DNA of 64,000 nt from the NCBI GenBank assembly GCA_016177405.1, contig JACOVG010000012.1, forward strand, positions 5,385-69,384, given 5' to 3'. Positions 1 to 12,515 of the stretch are shown one piece after another. The position numbers were made by a program, and so were the translations under genes. Within the stretch, counting starts at the first letter, position 1. Each line of letters opens with the position of its first letter. The notes under the pieces are model-generated. The model ran no database searches, had not been told where the DNA came from, and saw nothing but the letters and a program-made list of their open reading frames with translations. The DNA comes from Candidatus Omnitrophota bacterium (lineage in GTDB: Bacteria; Omnitrophota; Gorgyraeia; 1-14-0-20-64-10).

Positions 1-18
1 GAGCGGGTCGAGAGGGTC

Positions 19-3006
19 TTGGGCGATCCTCAGGCCAGACGCCGGCCGGAGGAGGTTGTCATCGACGAAAACCCCGCCATCCTGGGGATGCTCCCAATGG
101 CTGGCCATGAAGGCGAGGTCAGGGTGCGCCGGATTCTTCACCCCGGAGAGAAGATCCAGGTGTGGGCCGTGGTGGCGCCGGCCAGGAGTCAAAGGGAGCC
201 GGGCCAGGAACCGCAGGTCCAATTTTCTCTTTGGTGGTCGGGCGAGCCGATCGAAACAGCCCGCCATTATCCGATGCGGCTTTATGCGGCCCTGCCGGAC
301 GGCTCCCGTCTCTACTACGGCGAGACCTCCTCCCCTTCTGAAGCCGAAGGCCGGCTGATCTTGAGCACCCGGGTGTTGAGTCCCTCCGGCGAGTGGCTCC
401 GCGGCGCCCCCCCTTATCTGGAGCCGTTCCTTGAATTCCAGAGCGGCTTGGAGGAGGCCACACCCGAGCGCCTGGCCGCCTCCCTCCTTCATTACCGGGA
501 GGGTCTTCGGGAGCTTTCGCCCCAACAGCAGTTTGAGCGCAGCTTCGTGGCCGAACGCCTGGTCCAGGCCCTGGAGGAGGGATTGAAACCCTTCTCCGAA
601 CTGTTCGGCAAATTGGCCGACCTCGTGGAAGGGCCCGCGGGAGACGGACCTCTTTGGACGAGCGATCTCGCCCGGGTGATGAGCGACCTTCGGCTTTACC
701 GGCCGGATCTCACCGAGCGGCTTCACCGCTATCTGGTGGAGATCGCCGTCCTCTCCCAGGAGAGCTCGCCGCAGGCGACGCAGGCGGCGATCAAGGTCTT
801 GAGGGCCTCCGACATCGGGGAGGTGGTGCTGGTTGCCCTGGAGACCAACTTCACCTCCTCCACCGGCGGCCTGGGGCTCTACATCCGGGAGCTCTCTTCG
901 GCGTTGGCCGGGCTTGGGATCAGCGTCACGGTGGTGACGCCTCTTTTGGCCGAGGATAAAGAGAGGATCGTGAAGGACGTCAAGTTCCAAGACACCGGAA
1001 AGAGCGTCACCGTCAAATTCCTCGATGAGGAAAAAGGCAAAGGCGCCACGGGCGAGCCCCTCTATGGGGAGGAGTGGGCGGTGGGCAAGATTCACGAGGC
1101 GCGCGTCGGCGTGGTTCGCCTTTTAGGGATCGAGCAGGATAAATATTTCCAACGGCTCAAGGGCGGCAAGGGAAGTCTCTACCTTGACAGCGAGGACGAT
1201 TTTGACAAGGCCTTCCGGCTGCGCGCGGCCCGGATGCTCTCGCTGGGGGCTCTCCTTGCCTTGAGGGAGATGAACATCCACGCCGGCATCATCCTGACCA
1301 ACGACGGCTTCAGCTCGTATCTGCCCCTCTATCTGGAGGAGGGTGACGACGTGGATCTTGGAAACAGTTTCCGAAGAGACCCGCGGTTAAAAGACGCGGA
1401 AACGGCCCACGTGATCCATACCGCCCACGCCGGCTACCAGTTCATCGTCCGTGACCCGCGTCACCGGGATCAAAAGCTCCTCCACGATCTGGGGCGGGAT
1501 CTCTCCCTGCGCCACATCCCTGACGAAGAGGATCGTTCGCGGCGCCGCGCCCAGCGGCTTCACGCGCTGGTCAACCCCGGCAACCCCCAGGAGATCAACG
1601 CCCTGCAGACGGCGGTCACAAAGGCCTCGCGGGTGGTGACGGTCGGCCGAGGGTATCTGGACGACACCTTGGACCCCGCCCAGACAGAGGCGTTTCGGGG
1701 GATAGACCAGACGCTTCGAGCCAAGCGGGACTTGGGCCGCTACACCGCCATTCCCAACGGCGTGGACACGGTCGGCAGGCAGAAGAAATTATTTAAGGCC
1801 AGTCTCTTGGAGATGGGGCACGAAGCAGACAGGCGGGGGTTTGCCAGGCGCATCTTCGAGGTGATCCTCCCCGAAAGAAAGAGGGCGCTTCAAGAGGCCT
1901 TTGGGCTTGCCTGGGAAGGCCGCGACACCTTCATCTACTCGATGCTGGCGAGGATTGACCGGACCAAGGGATTTCACCTGCTCACCAAGGAGGTCTGGAG
2001 CGCGCAGCATCCAGGCGAGCTTCGGGTGATGGAACCCTGGCTGCAGGACCGCTTTAAAGGGGATGTGGTTTATTCCCTTTCCGAGAAGGAGCGGGAGAAG
2101 CTCCTTGCCTACGCCAAGGACAATGGTCGAACCACTCTGCGTGCCCTGGAGGCGGCCTTTGTTTTGATGCCGGAGCTTCAAGTGGTGTTGGCCGGTTCTG
2201 CGGGGGAACCCTTCCTGGATAAGCAATTCAGAGAGATCGCCCAGCGGTTTAACCTTCGAAACCTTCCCCGGCGCCTGGCTTATCATCCCGCTCGGATTGA
2301 ACCGTCCGACTCCCGCTACCATCTGATCTACACCGGATCCACCCTCTTCGGTCAGCCCTCCGAGGCCGAGGCCTTTGGATTGGCGGCACGGGAGGCGGAG
2401 GCCGGAGGCGTGCCCAGCCACCGGCATCGCAGCGGCGGGCTTCGGGATGGGGAGATCCGCCTGGAAGGGGTGGAGGAGGGCTTTGAACCGTTCCACCCGG
2501 TCGCGTGGCTTGCCTCGTTGCGGCATCTCTATTCCGTCTACAAGGAGAACAGGTCTCTCTGGGACGAGTTCAGATTCAGGGCGCTCACCCAGGACAACCG
2601 CTGGCTCCGGCCTGCCAAGGAGCATCTGTGGCTCTTTCGCCGAATGCGGCAGGAGCGTTTTCAGAGGCCGCCGGCCGATCCTTATGTGGAGATTGACCTG
2701 CCGGCGCTGGAGGTGGCCGCCGCTCTTCACCGGGCGGAGAGGTCGAACCAGGATCCTGCCAACACCCTGGCACAAGATGGATTCACTCTGGAAGAGGCGG
2801 TGAACATCGCGCTGACGGCTCTTGCGCGGTCCAGCCAGGAGGCGCTGATCAGGGCCTTGAGGGAGAAGCACCTGAAGACCCTGGCGGCCATCAAGGAGAA
2901 GATTCCAGACGATCTGCGCCAGCGGCTGAATCAAGCGGCGGCAGGGGCCGGCCTGGAGGAGCCGCTTTACATCATTGATTCTCCCGATCTCCTCCAGGCC
3001 GCGTAA
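19..3006 (+). CDS. GT5 glycogen/starch-synthase-like glycosyltransferase with N-terminal extension of about 270 aa. May be 5'-partial, since the frame is open to the window edge and the ORF-track start is TTG.
   Basis: GT5 N-terminal motif LVALETNFTSSTGGLGLYIRELSSALAGLGISVTVVTPL, compare KTGGLGDV. Conserved blocks HAGIILTNDGFSSYLPLYL, NGVDT, and QPSEAEAFGLA...GGVP...SGGL, compare PSRFEPCGL...TGGLADTV. Contains two [SAT]GLEE motifs: FQSGLEEATP and AGAGLEEPLY near the C-terminus. Confidence 0.6.
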   Translation: MGDPQARRRPEEVVIDENPAILGMLPMAGHEGEVRVRRILHPGEKIQVWAVVAPARSQREPGQEPQVQFSLWWSGEPIETARHYPMRLYAALPDGSRLYYGETSSPSEAEGRLILSTRVLSPSGEWLRGAPPYLEPFLEFQSGLEEATPERLAASLLHYREGLRELSPQQQFERSFVAERLVQALEEGLKPFSELFGKLADLVEGPAGDGPLWTSDLARVMSDLRLYRPDLTERLHRYLVEIAVLSQESSPQATQAAIKVLRASDIGEVVLVALETNFTSSTGGLGLYIRELSSALAGLGISVTVVTPLLAEDKERIVKDVKFQDTGKSVTVKFLDEEKGKGATGEPLYGEEWAVGKIHEARVGVVRLLGIEQDKYFQRLKGGKGSLYLDSEDDFDKAFRLRAARMLSLGALLALREMNIHAGIILTNDGFSSYLPLYLEEGDDVDLGNSFRRDPRLKDAETAHVIHTAHAGYQFIVRDPRHRDQKLLHDLGRDLSLRHIPDEEDRSRRRAQRLHALVNPGNPQEINALQTAVTKASRVVTVGRGYLDDTLDPAQTEAFRGIDQTLRAKRDLGRYTAIPNGVDTVGRQKKLFKASLLEMGHEADRRGFARRIFEVILPERKRALQEAFGLAWEGRDTFIYSMLARIDRTKGFHLLTKEVWSAQHPGELRVMEPWLQDRFKGDVVYSLSEKEREKLLAYAKDNGRTTLRALEAAFVLMPELQVVLAGSAGEPFLDKQFREIAQRFNLRNLPRRLAYHPARIEPSDSRYHLIYTGSTLFGQPSEAEAFGLAAREAEAGGVPSHRHRSGGLRDGEIRLEGVEEGFEPFHPVAWLASLRHLYSVYKENRSLWDEFRFRALTQDNRWLRPAKEHLWLFRRMRQERFQRPPADPYVEIDLPALEVAAALHRAERSNQDPANTLAQDGFTLEEAVNIALTALARSSQEALIRALREKHLKTLAAIKEKIPDDLRQRLNQAAAGAGLEEPLYIIDSPDLLQAA

Positions 3007-3024
3007 GCTGAACGGGGGTAAAAC

Positions 3025-3044
3025 CCTGCCTGCCGGCAGGCAGG
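3025..3044. repeat. Perfect 20-bp GC-rich palindrome CCTGCCTGCCGGCAGGCAGG, 19 bp after the stop of the preceding gene. Putative terminator or attenuator hairpin, but no U-tract.
   Basis: Read directly: reverse complement of GGCAGGCAGG equals CCTGCCTGCC. Located in the 75-bp intergenic gap. Confidence 0.5.
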
Positions 3045-3081
3045 CTGGCATTCCTCACACCAAATTTGCTAGAATAACGCT

Positions 3082-4038
3082 ATGCAGCGACCGATTGCCC
3101 CCCCGACAATCGATTTGAAGCGTCTTGCCCGCTACAGCCTCGCCTCCCGGAAAAGCAAGGTGGCTTGGGACGCCTTCGCCAAAACCACCCCCCGCGGCGC
3201 CTCCTTCCGCGCCTTCTTCGACGGGCTTCCGAAAATCCTGGCCGGCGAATCGCTCCACCGCCTGGTGGAGGCGATCGTCCAGGCCCGCCGGCGGGGCAAG
3301 CCGGTGATCCTCCTGCTGGGCGCCCACGTCCTGAAGGTGGGCCTCTCCCCGTTGATCGTGGATTGGATCGAGCGCGGGGTGGTGACCGCCGCGGCCGCCA
3401 ACGGCGCCGGGATCATCCACGATTTCGAACTCGCCTACCAGGGGAAGACCTCCGAGGAGGTGGCCGAGGCGCTGGCCGACGGCTCCTTTGGGATGGCCCG
3501 CGAGACGGCCGACCTTTTGAACGGAGCCATCGGGCAGGGGGCGAAGGAGAAGCTGGGCCTGGGGGAATCGGTCGGGCGGCTCATTGAGAAGGGCCGGTTC
3601 AGGTTCAAGAAGCTCTCCCTCTTCGCCGCCTGCTGGCGCAAAAAAATCCCGGCAACCGTCCACGTGGCGATTGGCACCGACATCATCCATCAGCACCCCT
3701 CCTGCGACGGCTCCGCCGTGGGGGCCGCCTCCCTGACCGATTTCAGAAAGCTGACCCAGGCGGTCTCCGGGCTGGGTGGTGGGGGGGTGGTCCTCAACAT
3801 CGGCTCGGCCGTGATACTGCCGGAGGTCTTTCTGAAGGCGGTCTCCACCTGCCGCAACCTGGGCTTCACCGTCAAGGACTTCACCGCGGCCAACCTCGAC
3901 ATGATCCAGCATTACCGGCCTCACCAGAACATTCTCCTGCGCCCCACCGCCCTGGGCGGCCAAAGGATCAACCTGATCGGCCACCATGAGATCTTGGTGC
4001 CGCTTCTTCACGCGGCCGTCAACGAGCGGCTGAAATGA
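3082..4038 (+). CDS. Deoxyhypusine synthase-like (DHS family) protein
   Basis: GKPVILLLGAHVLKVGLSPLIVDWIERGVVTAAAANGAGIIHDFE resembles the DHS block G.kv.Lg.aG..v..GL...I..li.rG.VD.iVTTgga.EeD. TAGAAT hexamer at 3070-3075 ends 7 nt before the ATG, so a leaderless transcript is possible. Confidence 0.45.
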   Translation: MQRPIAPPTIDLKRLARYSLASRKSKVAWDAFAKTTPRGASFRAFFDGLPKILAGESLHRLVEAIVQARRRGKPVILLLGAHVLKVGLSPLIVDWIERGVVTAAAANGAGIIHDFELAYQGKTSEEVAEALADGSFGMARETADLLNGAIGQGAKEKLGLGESVGRLIEKGRFRFKKLSLFAACWRKKIPATVHVAIGTDIIHQHPSCDGSAVGAASLTDFRKLTQAVSGLGGGGVVLNIGSAVILPEVFLKAVSTCRNLGFTVKDFTAANLDMIQHYRPHQNILLRPTALGGQRINLIGHHEILVPLLHAAVNERLK

Positions 4039-5015
4039 CCCAGCAGCGTTTTGAGGCACTCCTTAAAAAGTTCCGAAGCACCCGGGTCCTGGTGATCGGC
4101 GACCTGATCCTGGACGAGTTCATCTGGGGCAGCGTGGAAAGGATCTCGCCGGAGGCGCCGGTTCCGGTGGTCTGGGCCCAGCGGGAGTCGGTGATGCCGG
4201 GAGGCTCGGCCAACGTGGCCGGCAACGTGAAAGCCCTCGGGGGCCAGCCCCGCCTGCTGGGGGTCGTTGGAAACGATTCCGCCGGCGAGCGCCTGGTGAG
4301 GCAGCTGAAACAAACCCGCATTCCCACCGGCGACATCCTGACCGATCCCTCCCGTCCCACCACCGCCAAGACGCGCGTCATCGCGCACCATCAGCAGGTG
4401 GTTCGGATCGACCGGGAGCAGGTGAAGCCGTTCGCGGCGGGTCTGACCCGGCGGCTCATCCGGTCGGCCACGCGGATCATCCCGGAGGTGGAGGGGGTGA
4501 TCATCGAGGATTACGGCAAGGGCCTGATTGGCCGGGAGCTCTTAAAGCCGGTGGTGGCGCTGGCGAAGCGGCACCGCAAGGTGATCACGGTCGATCCCAA
4601 GGAGGAGCATTTCGACACCTACCGCGGGGTGACCGCTTTGACGCCCAACAAAAAAGAGGCGTCGCTGGCGGCCGGCTTTCCGATCACCGATCGCGCCAGC
4701 CTCCATCGGGCGGGCCAGGCGATCCTGAAGCGGTTGAACCCCGAGGCCATCCTGGTCACCCTGGGGGAGGAGGGGATGTGCCTTTTTTCCTCCGACGGGG
4801 CCAGGCCGGTTCATATCCCGACCGTGGCGCGGGAGGTCTTTGATGTCTCCGGCGCGGGGGACACCGTGATCTCGGTCTTCACCCTGGCGCGGGCGGCCGG
4901 GGCCAGCTTCCTGGAGGCGGCCGCGATCGCCAACGCCGCCGCCGGGGTGGTGGTGGGCAAGCTGGGCACCGCCACCTGCTCGGCCGATGAGCTTCGAAGG
5001 GCCGTCCTGGAATGA
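4035..5015 (+). CDS. hldA: D-glycero-beta-D-manno-heptose-7-phosphate kinase (RfaE/HldE domain I, pfkB family)
   Basis: Strong N-terminal similarity to E. coli HldE kinase domain (RVLVIGDLILDEFIWGSVERISPEAPVPVV; MPGGSANVA). ATGA overlap with the upstream gene. Confidence 0.8.
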   Translation: MTQQRFEALLKKFRSTRVLVIGDLILDEFIWGSVERISPEAPVPVVWAQRESVMPGGSANVAGNVKALGGQPRLLGVVGNDSAGERLVRQLKQTRIPTGDILTDPSRPTTAKTRVIAHHQQVVRIDREQVKPFAAGLTRRLIRSATRIIPEVEGVIIEDYGKGLIGRELLKPVVALAKRHRKVITVDPKEEHFDTYRGVTALTPNKKEASLAAGFPITDRASLHRAGQAILKRLNPEAILVTLGEEGMCLFSSDGARPVHIPTVAREVFDVSGAGDTVISVFTLARAAGASFLEAAAIANAAAGVVVGKLGTATCSADELRRAVLE

Positions 5016-5019
5016 CCCC

Positions 5020-7387
<2,368 letters not shown>

Positions 7388-7394
7388 TCCCGCC

Positions 7395-8213
7395 ATGGCC
7401 GAACCGGTTCGGGTTGGAAAGATCTTGGTGGGCGGGGGCCAGCCCCTGGCCCTGATCGCCGGGCCCGACGTGATCGAGAGCGAATCCTCCGCTCTGCGGC
7501 ACGCCGAGGCGATCGCCAAACTGGCCCGCCGGTTCAAGATGCCCTACCTCTTCAAGTCGAGCTTTGACAAGGCCAACCGGACCTCGTTGAAGAACTACCG
7601 GGGGCCGGGCCTGAAGAAGGGTTTGGCCGTCTTGAAGAAGGTCAAGGAGAGGATCGGCGTTCCGGTTTTAAGCGACATCCACTGCGTGGAACAGGTCGGC
7701 CCGGCCGCCGAGGTGCTGGACTGCCTTCAGGTGCCGGCCTTTCTCTGCCGGCAGACGGATCTTCTGCTGGCGGTGGGGAAGGCCGGGCGGGCCGTCAACC
7801 TGAAGAAGGGGCAGTTCCTCGCCCCCTGGGACATGGCCAACGTGGCGGAGAAGGTCGCCTCCACCGGCAACCGGAAGATCCTGATCAGCGAGCGAGGAAC
7901 GAGCTTTGGCTACAATTACCTCGTCAACGACATGCGCGCCCTGGCGATCTTAAGGGAGCTTGGCTATCCGGTGGTCTTTGACGCCGGCCACTCCAGCCAA
8001 TTGCCGGGAGGGCTCAAAAGCTCCTCGGGCGGCCAGGCCGAGTTTATCCCTCTGCTGGCCCGCGCCGGGGTGGCGGCCGGCTGTGACGCCCTCTTCGTGG
8101 AGGTGCACGAGAATCCGGCCGCCGCGCTGTGCGACGGTCCCAGCAGCCTCCCCTTAAAGGATCTGGCCGCGCTGCTGACCCAGCTCACCGCCATCCACCG
8201 CGCCCTTCAATGA
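7395..8213 (+). CDS. kdsA: 2-dehydro-3-deoxyphosphooctonate aldolase (KDO-8-phosphate synthase)
   Basis: KdsA blocks: FKSSFDKANRTS, VVFDAGHSSQLPGG, GQAEFIPLLARAGVAAG. Confidence 0.9.
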   Translation: MAEPVRVGKILVGGGQPLALIAGPDVIESESSALRHAEAIAKLARRFKMPYLFKSSFDKANRTSLKNYRGPGLKKGLAVLKKVKERIGVPVLSDIHCVEQVGPAAEVLDCLQVPAFLCRQTDLLLAVGKAGRAVNLKKGQFLAPWDMANVAEKVASTGNRKILISERGTSFGYNYLVNDMRALAILRELGYPVVFDAGHSSQLPGGLKSSSGGQAEFIPLLARAGVAAGCDALFVEVHENPAAALCDGPSSLPLKDLAALLTQLTAIHRALQ

Positions 8214-9178
8214 CCTCGCCGGTCCTCAAGCACGCCAAGAAAGTCCTGAAGGTGGAGCGGGACGCGCTGGATCTCCTCCTGCGCCGGGTGGACCGCCGGT
8301 TCGAAAAGGCGGTGGAGCTCCTCAAGCGGTGCGAGGGGCGGGTGGTGGTGACCGGCATGGGAAAGCCCGGCATCATCGGGCAGAAGATCTCGGCCACCCT
8401 CTCGTCGCTGGGGGTGCCCTCCCTGTGGTTGCACCCGGCCGAGGCCGCGCACGGCGACCTGGGCAAGGTGACCCCGCAGGATGTGGTGATTGCCCTCTCC
8501 CATTCCGGAGAGACCGACGAGGTCCTTCACCTTCTTCCGGTCTTGAACCGCCTGGGGGCCAAGCTCATCGCCATCACGGCCAACGCCCATTCCCGCTTGG
8601 CCCGAAGCTCCGACGTGGCGATTCCCACCTACGTGAAAGACGAGGCCTCCTCCTGGGGCCTGGTGCCCACCGCCTCCACGACGGCGATGCTGGCCCTGGG
8701 GGACGCGCTGGCCCTGGAGCTTGCCAGACAAAAGGGCTTCACCGCGACCGACTTTGCCCAGCTTCATCCCGGCGGATCGCTGGGCAAACAGCTCACCCTG
8801 CGGGTGGAGGATCTGATGCGCCGGGGCGCTTCCAACCCCGTCGTCTCCTCCGGCGCCACCGTGAAGAAGGTCCTCCTGGCCATCACCCGGGCCCGCGCCG
8901 GCTCGGCCGCGGTCGTGGACGCCAAGGGCCGGCTGATCGGCATCTTCACCGACGGGGACCTGCGCCGCCGGATCGAGACCGACCCCCAGATCCTGAAGAG
9001 GAAAGTGAGCGTTTGCATGACCCGCGCCCCCAAGACCCTGCCGGTGGGTCATCTGGCGGTGGAGGCCCTGAAGATCCTGCGATCCCACAAGATCGACGAA
9101 ATCCCCATCGTGGACGCCAAGGGCGCTCCGGCGGGTCTCCTCGATGTCCAGGACCTCCTCAAGGCCGGGCTGGTTTAG
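8210..9178 (+). CDS. kdsD: Arabinose-5-phosphate isomerase (SIS + tandem CBS domains)
   Basis: SIS motifs VVVTGMGKPGIIGQKISATLSSLG and ALSHSGETDE. C-terminal CBS pair. ATG at 8210 overlaps the kdsA stop (ATGA). The ORF track extends it to 8129. Confidence 0.85.
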   Translation: MTSPVLKHAKKVLKVERDALDLLLRRVDRRFEKAVELLKRCEGRVVVTGMGKPGIIGQKISATLSSLGVPSLWLHPAEAAHGDLGKVTPQDVVIALSHSGETDEVLHLLPVLNRLGAKLIAITANAHSRLARSSDVAIPTYVKDEASSWGLVPTASTTAMLALGDALALELARQKGFTATDFAQLHPGGSLGKQLTLRVEDLMRRGASNPVVSSGATVKKVLLAITRARAGSAAVVDAKGRLIGIFTDGDLRRRIETDPQILKRKVSVCMTRAPKTLPVGHLAVEALKILRSHKIDEIPIVDAKGAPAGLLDVQDLLKAGLV

Positions 9179-9683
9179 CGTGACAGCGGCTCCATCCGCC
9201 CGGCGCCGTCCCGTCGGGTGGCTCATCGCCTGCATCCTTTTTGGGATTTACGTGAGCCTCAAACTTCAGGGTTCCTGGTTCTCCTTTCAGGCCCACCGGC
9301 TGGAGCTGAAGCTCGACGCGATCCGGCCGGAGCTTTCGACCCTGGTCATGCACGAACAGATGAAGACCACCCATGCCGCCTGCCTGGAGGCCCTCGGCCA
9401 GGCGCGGTCTCAAGAGCTTTCGGCCGAGCCCTTCTTGAGGTTCCTTTCCCGGGAGGTGCCCGCCTCCATCGCGATCGAGCGGCTCGAGGTTTCCCAGGCG
9501 ATGGGGCTTAAGGTCCGGGGCAGCTGCCTGCCCGGCATCAGGCCCGCGGAGGAGCCGATCCTGCTGTGGGCCGAGAAGCTCCGGCAAGAGGGCTTCGACG
9601 TGCAGGTGAGGTTCATCATCCCGGACTCCAAGGTCACGGGGCTGTGGCGCTTTGAGCTGAAGGGAGAGAAGCCCCATGGTTGA
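9144..9683 (+). CDS. Hypothetical single-pass membrane protein, PilN/PilO-like. The start is more likely GTG at 9180, just past the kdsD stop.
   Basis: One hydrophobic helix WLIACILFGIYVSL after a basic N-terminus, then a soluble domain. No HAD motifs, so it is not KdsC. Position between kdsD and lpt genes. Confidence 0.4.
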   Translation: MSRTSSRPGWFSVTAAPSARRRPVGWLIACILFGIYVSLKLQGSWFSFQAHRLELKLDAIRPELSTLVMHEQMKTTHAACLEALGQARSQELSAEPFLRFLSREVPASIAIERLEVSQAMGLKVRGSCLPGIRPAEEPILLWAEKLRQEGFDVQVRFIIPDSKVTGLWRFELKGEKPHG

Positions 9684-10545
9684 GTCCAGCCCCAGGGAGC
9701 GGCACCTCTTGAGGGGCCTGCTTCTGCAGGTCGCGGTGGTGGCGGCGCTGGTCTTCGCTTACACCCAGGCGGTCCGCCAGCTCAAGGTCCAGCACGAGAG
9801 GCTCTTGAGGCTCAAGGAACAGCTCGTCGAAGGACGGACGAAGATGGACGAAAAGCCCGATCAAGAGTTTGCCCATCTGAAGGAGGAGCTGACTCGGCTG
9901 ACCGGCCTGCTGTCCACCCGGGAAGAGCTGGAAACCTGGGCTAAGGAGCTTGGCCGAAGGGCCGAGGAAGAGTTTGGCTTTCCGGATCCGGAGGTCTCGG
10001 TGGGGATGGTGGAACGGAAGATCGAGATTCCCATCGAGCCCTTGCCCTCCTTCAAGCTGGAGCTTTACGCGGTGGAGCTTAAGGGCCAAACGACCACCCG
10101 CTCGGCGGCCGGGCTTCTTGCCGCGGTGGACCGCGGCCGGACGATGCGCCTGTGCCCCCTGGAGACCCTGGAGCTGAAATCCCTCTCCCCCGCCTCGGCC
10201 CAAACCGTTGAGGCGCGCTTGAAGTGGCTGGTGGCGGTGTCGGACCGGGCGGCCCCCTTGCCGCGGCCGGCGCCGGCGCCGGCCGCGCCGCTTTCTTGGG
10301 GCGGCCGGGAGGAGCCGTTTCAATCCCCCTTCCTTTTTCCGGGGGCCGTCCGTCCGGTCCGCGGACGCTCCCCCTCTTTTCAATTGACCGGCATTCTCTG
10401 GGACCCAGCCACCCCCACGGCGGTGGTCAACGGCACCCTTTTAAAACCCGGCGACCGGATCCAAGGCTGGAGGCTGGTCCTGCTCACCTCCCGGCAGGTT
10501 CTCCTTGCCAGGGGAGGGGATGAGATCCTCCTTTCCCTCTCTTAG
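9676..10545 (+). CDS. Hypothetical bitopic membrane protein with coiled coil and a C-terminal PilP/GspC-like domain
   Basis: TM LLLQVAVVAALVFAY. Coiled coil RQLKVQHERLLRLKEQL. Pro/Ala linker. C-terminal LTGILWDPATPTAVVNGTLLKPGDRIQGWRLVLLTSRQVLL resembles the PilP/GspC secretin-interaction fold motif. Confidence 0.4.
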   Translation: MVESSPRERHLLRGLLLQVAVVAALVFAYTQAVRQLKVQHERLLRLKEQLVEGRTKMDEKPDQEFAHLKEELTRLTGLLSTREELETWAKELGRRAEEEFGFPDPEVSVGMVERKIEIPIEPLPSFKLELYAVELKGQTTTRSAAGLLAAVDRGRTMRLCPLETLELKSLSPASAQTVEARLKWLVAVSDRAAPLPRPAPAPAAPLSWGGREEPFQSPFLFPGAVRPVRGRSPSFQLTGILWDPATPTAVVNGTLLKPGDRIQGWRLVLLTSRQVLLARGGDEILLSLS

Positions 10546-10605
10546 ACGGCGGCGGGGTTGATTCCGGGCGTAAGGTGCGTTAAAATCAAAGGTTCAATCA
10601 ATCAG

Positions 10606-11440
10606 ATGTGTTCCTCACGCACAAGAGCGAGGATATTCCTGGCTCTGTTTTTTATCCTCTTAGGTGCAGGCTGCACAAAAGGTTTGCCGCCCCCCGCGCC
10701 CGGGCCGGAGGCCCCGGCGGCTTCCGGGCCGGCCGAGGATGTGATCTCCGCCTTCAGCCTGACGGGCAACGACCGGACCGGCCGGAAGAAATGGGTGATT
10801 GAGGGCCAAACGGCCAACCTGCTGGCCGAGACCGTCCTTCTTTCGCCGGTCACGGCCAAGAGCTTCGGCAAGGTGGAGACCACCCTCACCGCGGCGCGGG
10901 GAAAGTTCCAAAAGCAAAGCCGCGACGTGGAATTGAAGGAGGATGTGATCGTCGTCACCTCCGACGGGGCCCGGCTGTCCACCGACACCTTCTTTTGGTC
11001 GGCCGACCGCGGCATGGGCAGGACCCCCGACTGGGTGACGATCACCCGGCCCGGGATGACGACGGCGGGCAAGGGGGGGATCGGTTTTCCCTCTTTGAAG
11101 AAGGTGAAGCTTGAGAAGGAGGTCACGGTGACGTTGACCGGGGCGAAGGGCAAAACGGTGATCACCTGCGATGGGCCGATGGAGGTGGATTACGGGCGCC
11201 ACAAGATCCGCTTTCTGAAGAGGGTCGTCGTGCGGGACGCGCAGGGGACCATCCACTCGGACCGGATGGATGTCGCCCTGGATCCCCATACGAACCAGAT
11301 CCGGCGGGTCACCTGTTTGGGGGACGTGGTGATCCGCCAGGCCGGCCGGATCTCTTACGCCGACCGGGCCGACTACTGGCAGCCGCGGGGGGATGTGCGC
11401 CTGATGGGGCACCCCCGGATTGTTTGGGTGGGAAATCCTT

Positions 11441-11451
<11 letters not shown>
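10606..11451 (+). CDS. OstA-like (LptC/LptA family) LPS-transport lipoprotein, carrying both LptC-like and LptA-like halves
   Basis: Lipobox LLGAGC after MCSSRTRARIFLALFFI. Two OstA-like beta-jellyroll halves (FSLTGNDRTGRKKWVIEGQTANL... and GAKGKTVITCDGPMEVDYGRHKIRFLKRVVVRDAQGTIHSDRMDVALD). Immediately upstream of lptB. The ORF track start is 10558. Confidence 0.6.
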
Positions 11452-12184
<733 letters not shown>

Positions 12185-12195
12185 CAGAAGAGAGA

Positions 12196-12513
12196 ATGCA
12201 GATCACCATAACCGGCCGGCACCTCGAGGTGCCGGGGCTCCTTGAGGAGATGCTCACCCCTAAGCTCACAAGGCTCACGCGCTTCGGCCACAAGATCAAT
12301 GTGGTGCACGCCATCTTCGGCCGGGAAAAATACCGCTACACGGCGGAGTTCACCTTGAACGCCAAGGGCTTCACCCTGGCCGCGAAGGCGAGCCACCCCC
12401 ACGACCTTCTGGGCGCGGCCGAGGAGGCGCTGGACAAGCTGACCGCGCAGCTTAAAACGCGCGAGGAAAAAAGAATGGAGCTGCAGCGCCGGAAGGCGCC
12501 GCACCGGCCTTAA
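12196..12513 (+). CDS. hpf: Ribosome hibernation promoting factor (HPF/RaiA family, short form)
   Basis: MQITITGRHLEVPGLLEEMLTPKLTRLTRFGHKINVVHAIFGREKYRYTAEFTL is typical of HPF. The ORF-track ORF 11983-12513 is the same frame with an upstream extension. Confidence 0.85.
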   Translation: MQITITGRHLEVPGLLEEMLTPKLTRLTRFGHKINVVHAIFGREKYRYTAEFTLNAKGFTLAAKASHPHDLLGAAEEALDKLTAQLKTREEKRMELQRRKAPHRP

Positions 12514-12515
12514 GA

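Noticed and set aside
9144-9683. ORF 9144-9683 as kdsC, expected by synteny after kdsD
   Set aside because: It has no HAD-phosphatase DxD/T or K/D motifs. It has a TM helix plus a soluble domain instead, so it is called a hypothetical PilN/O-like protein.
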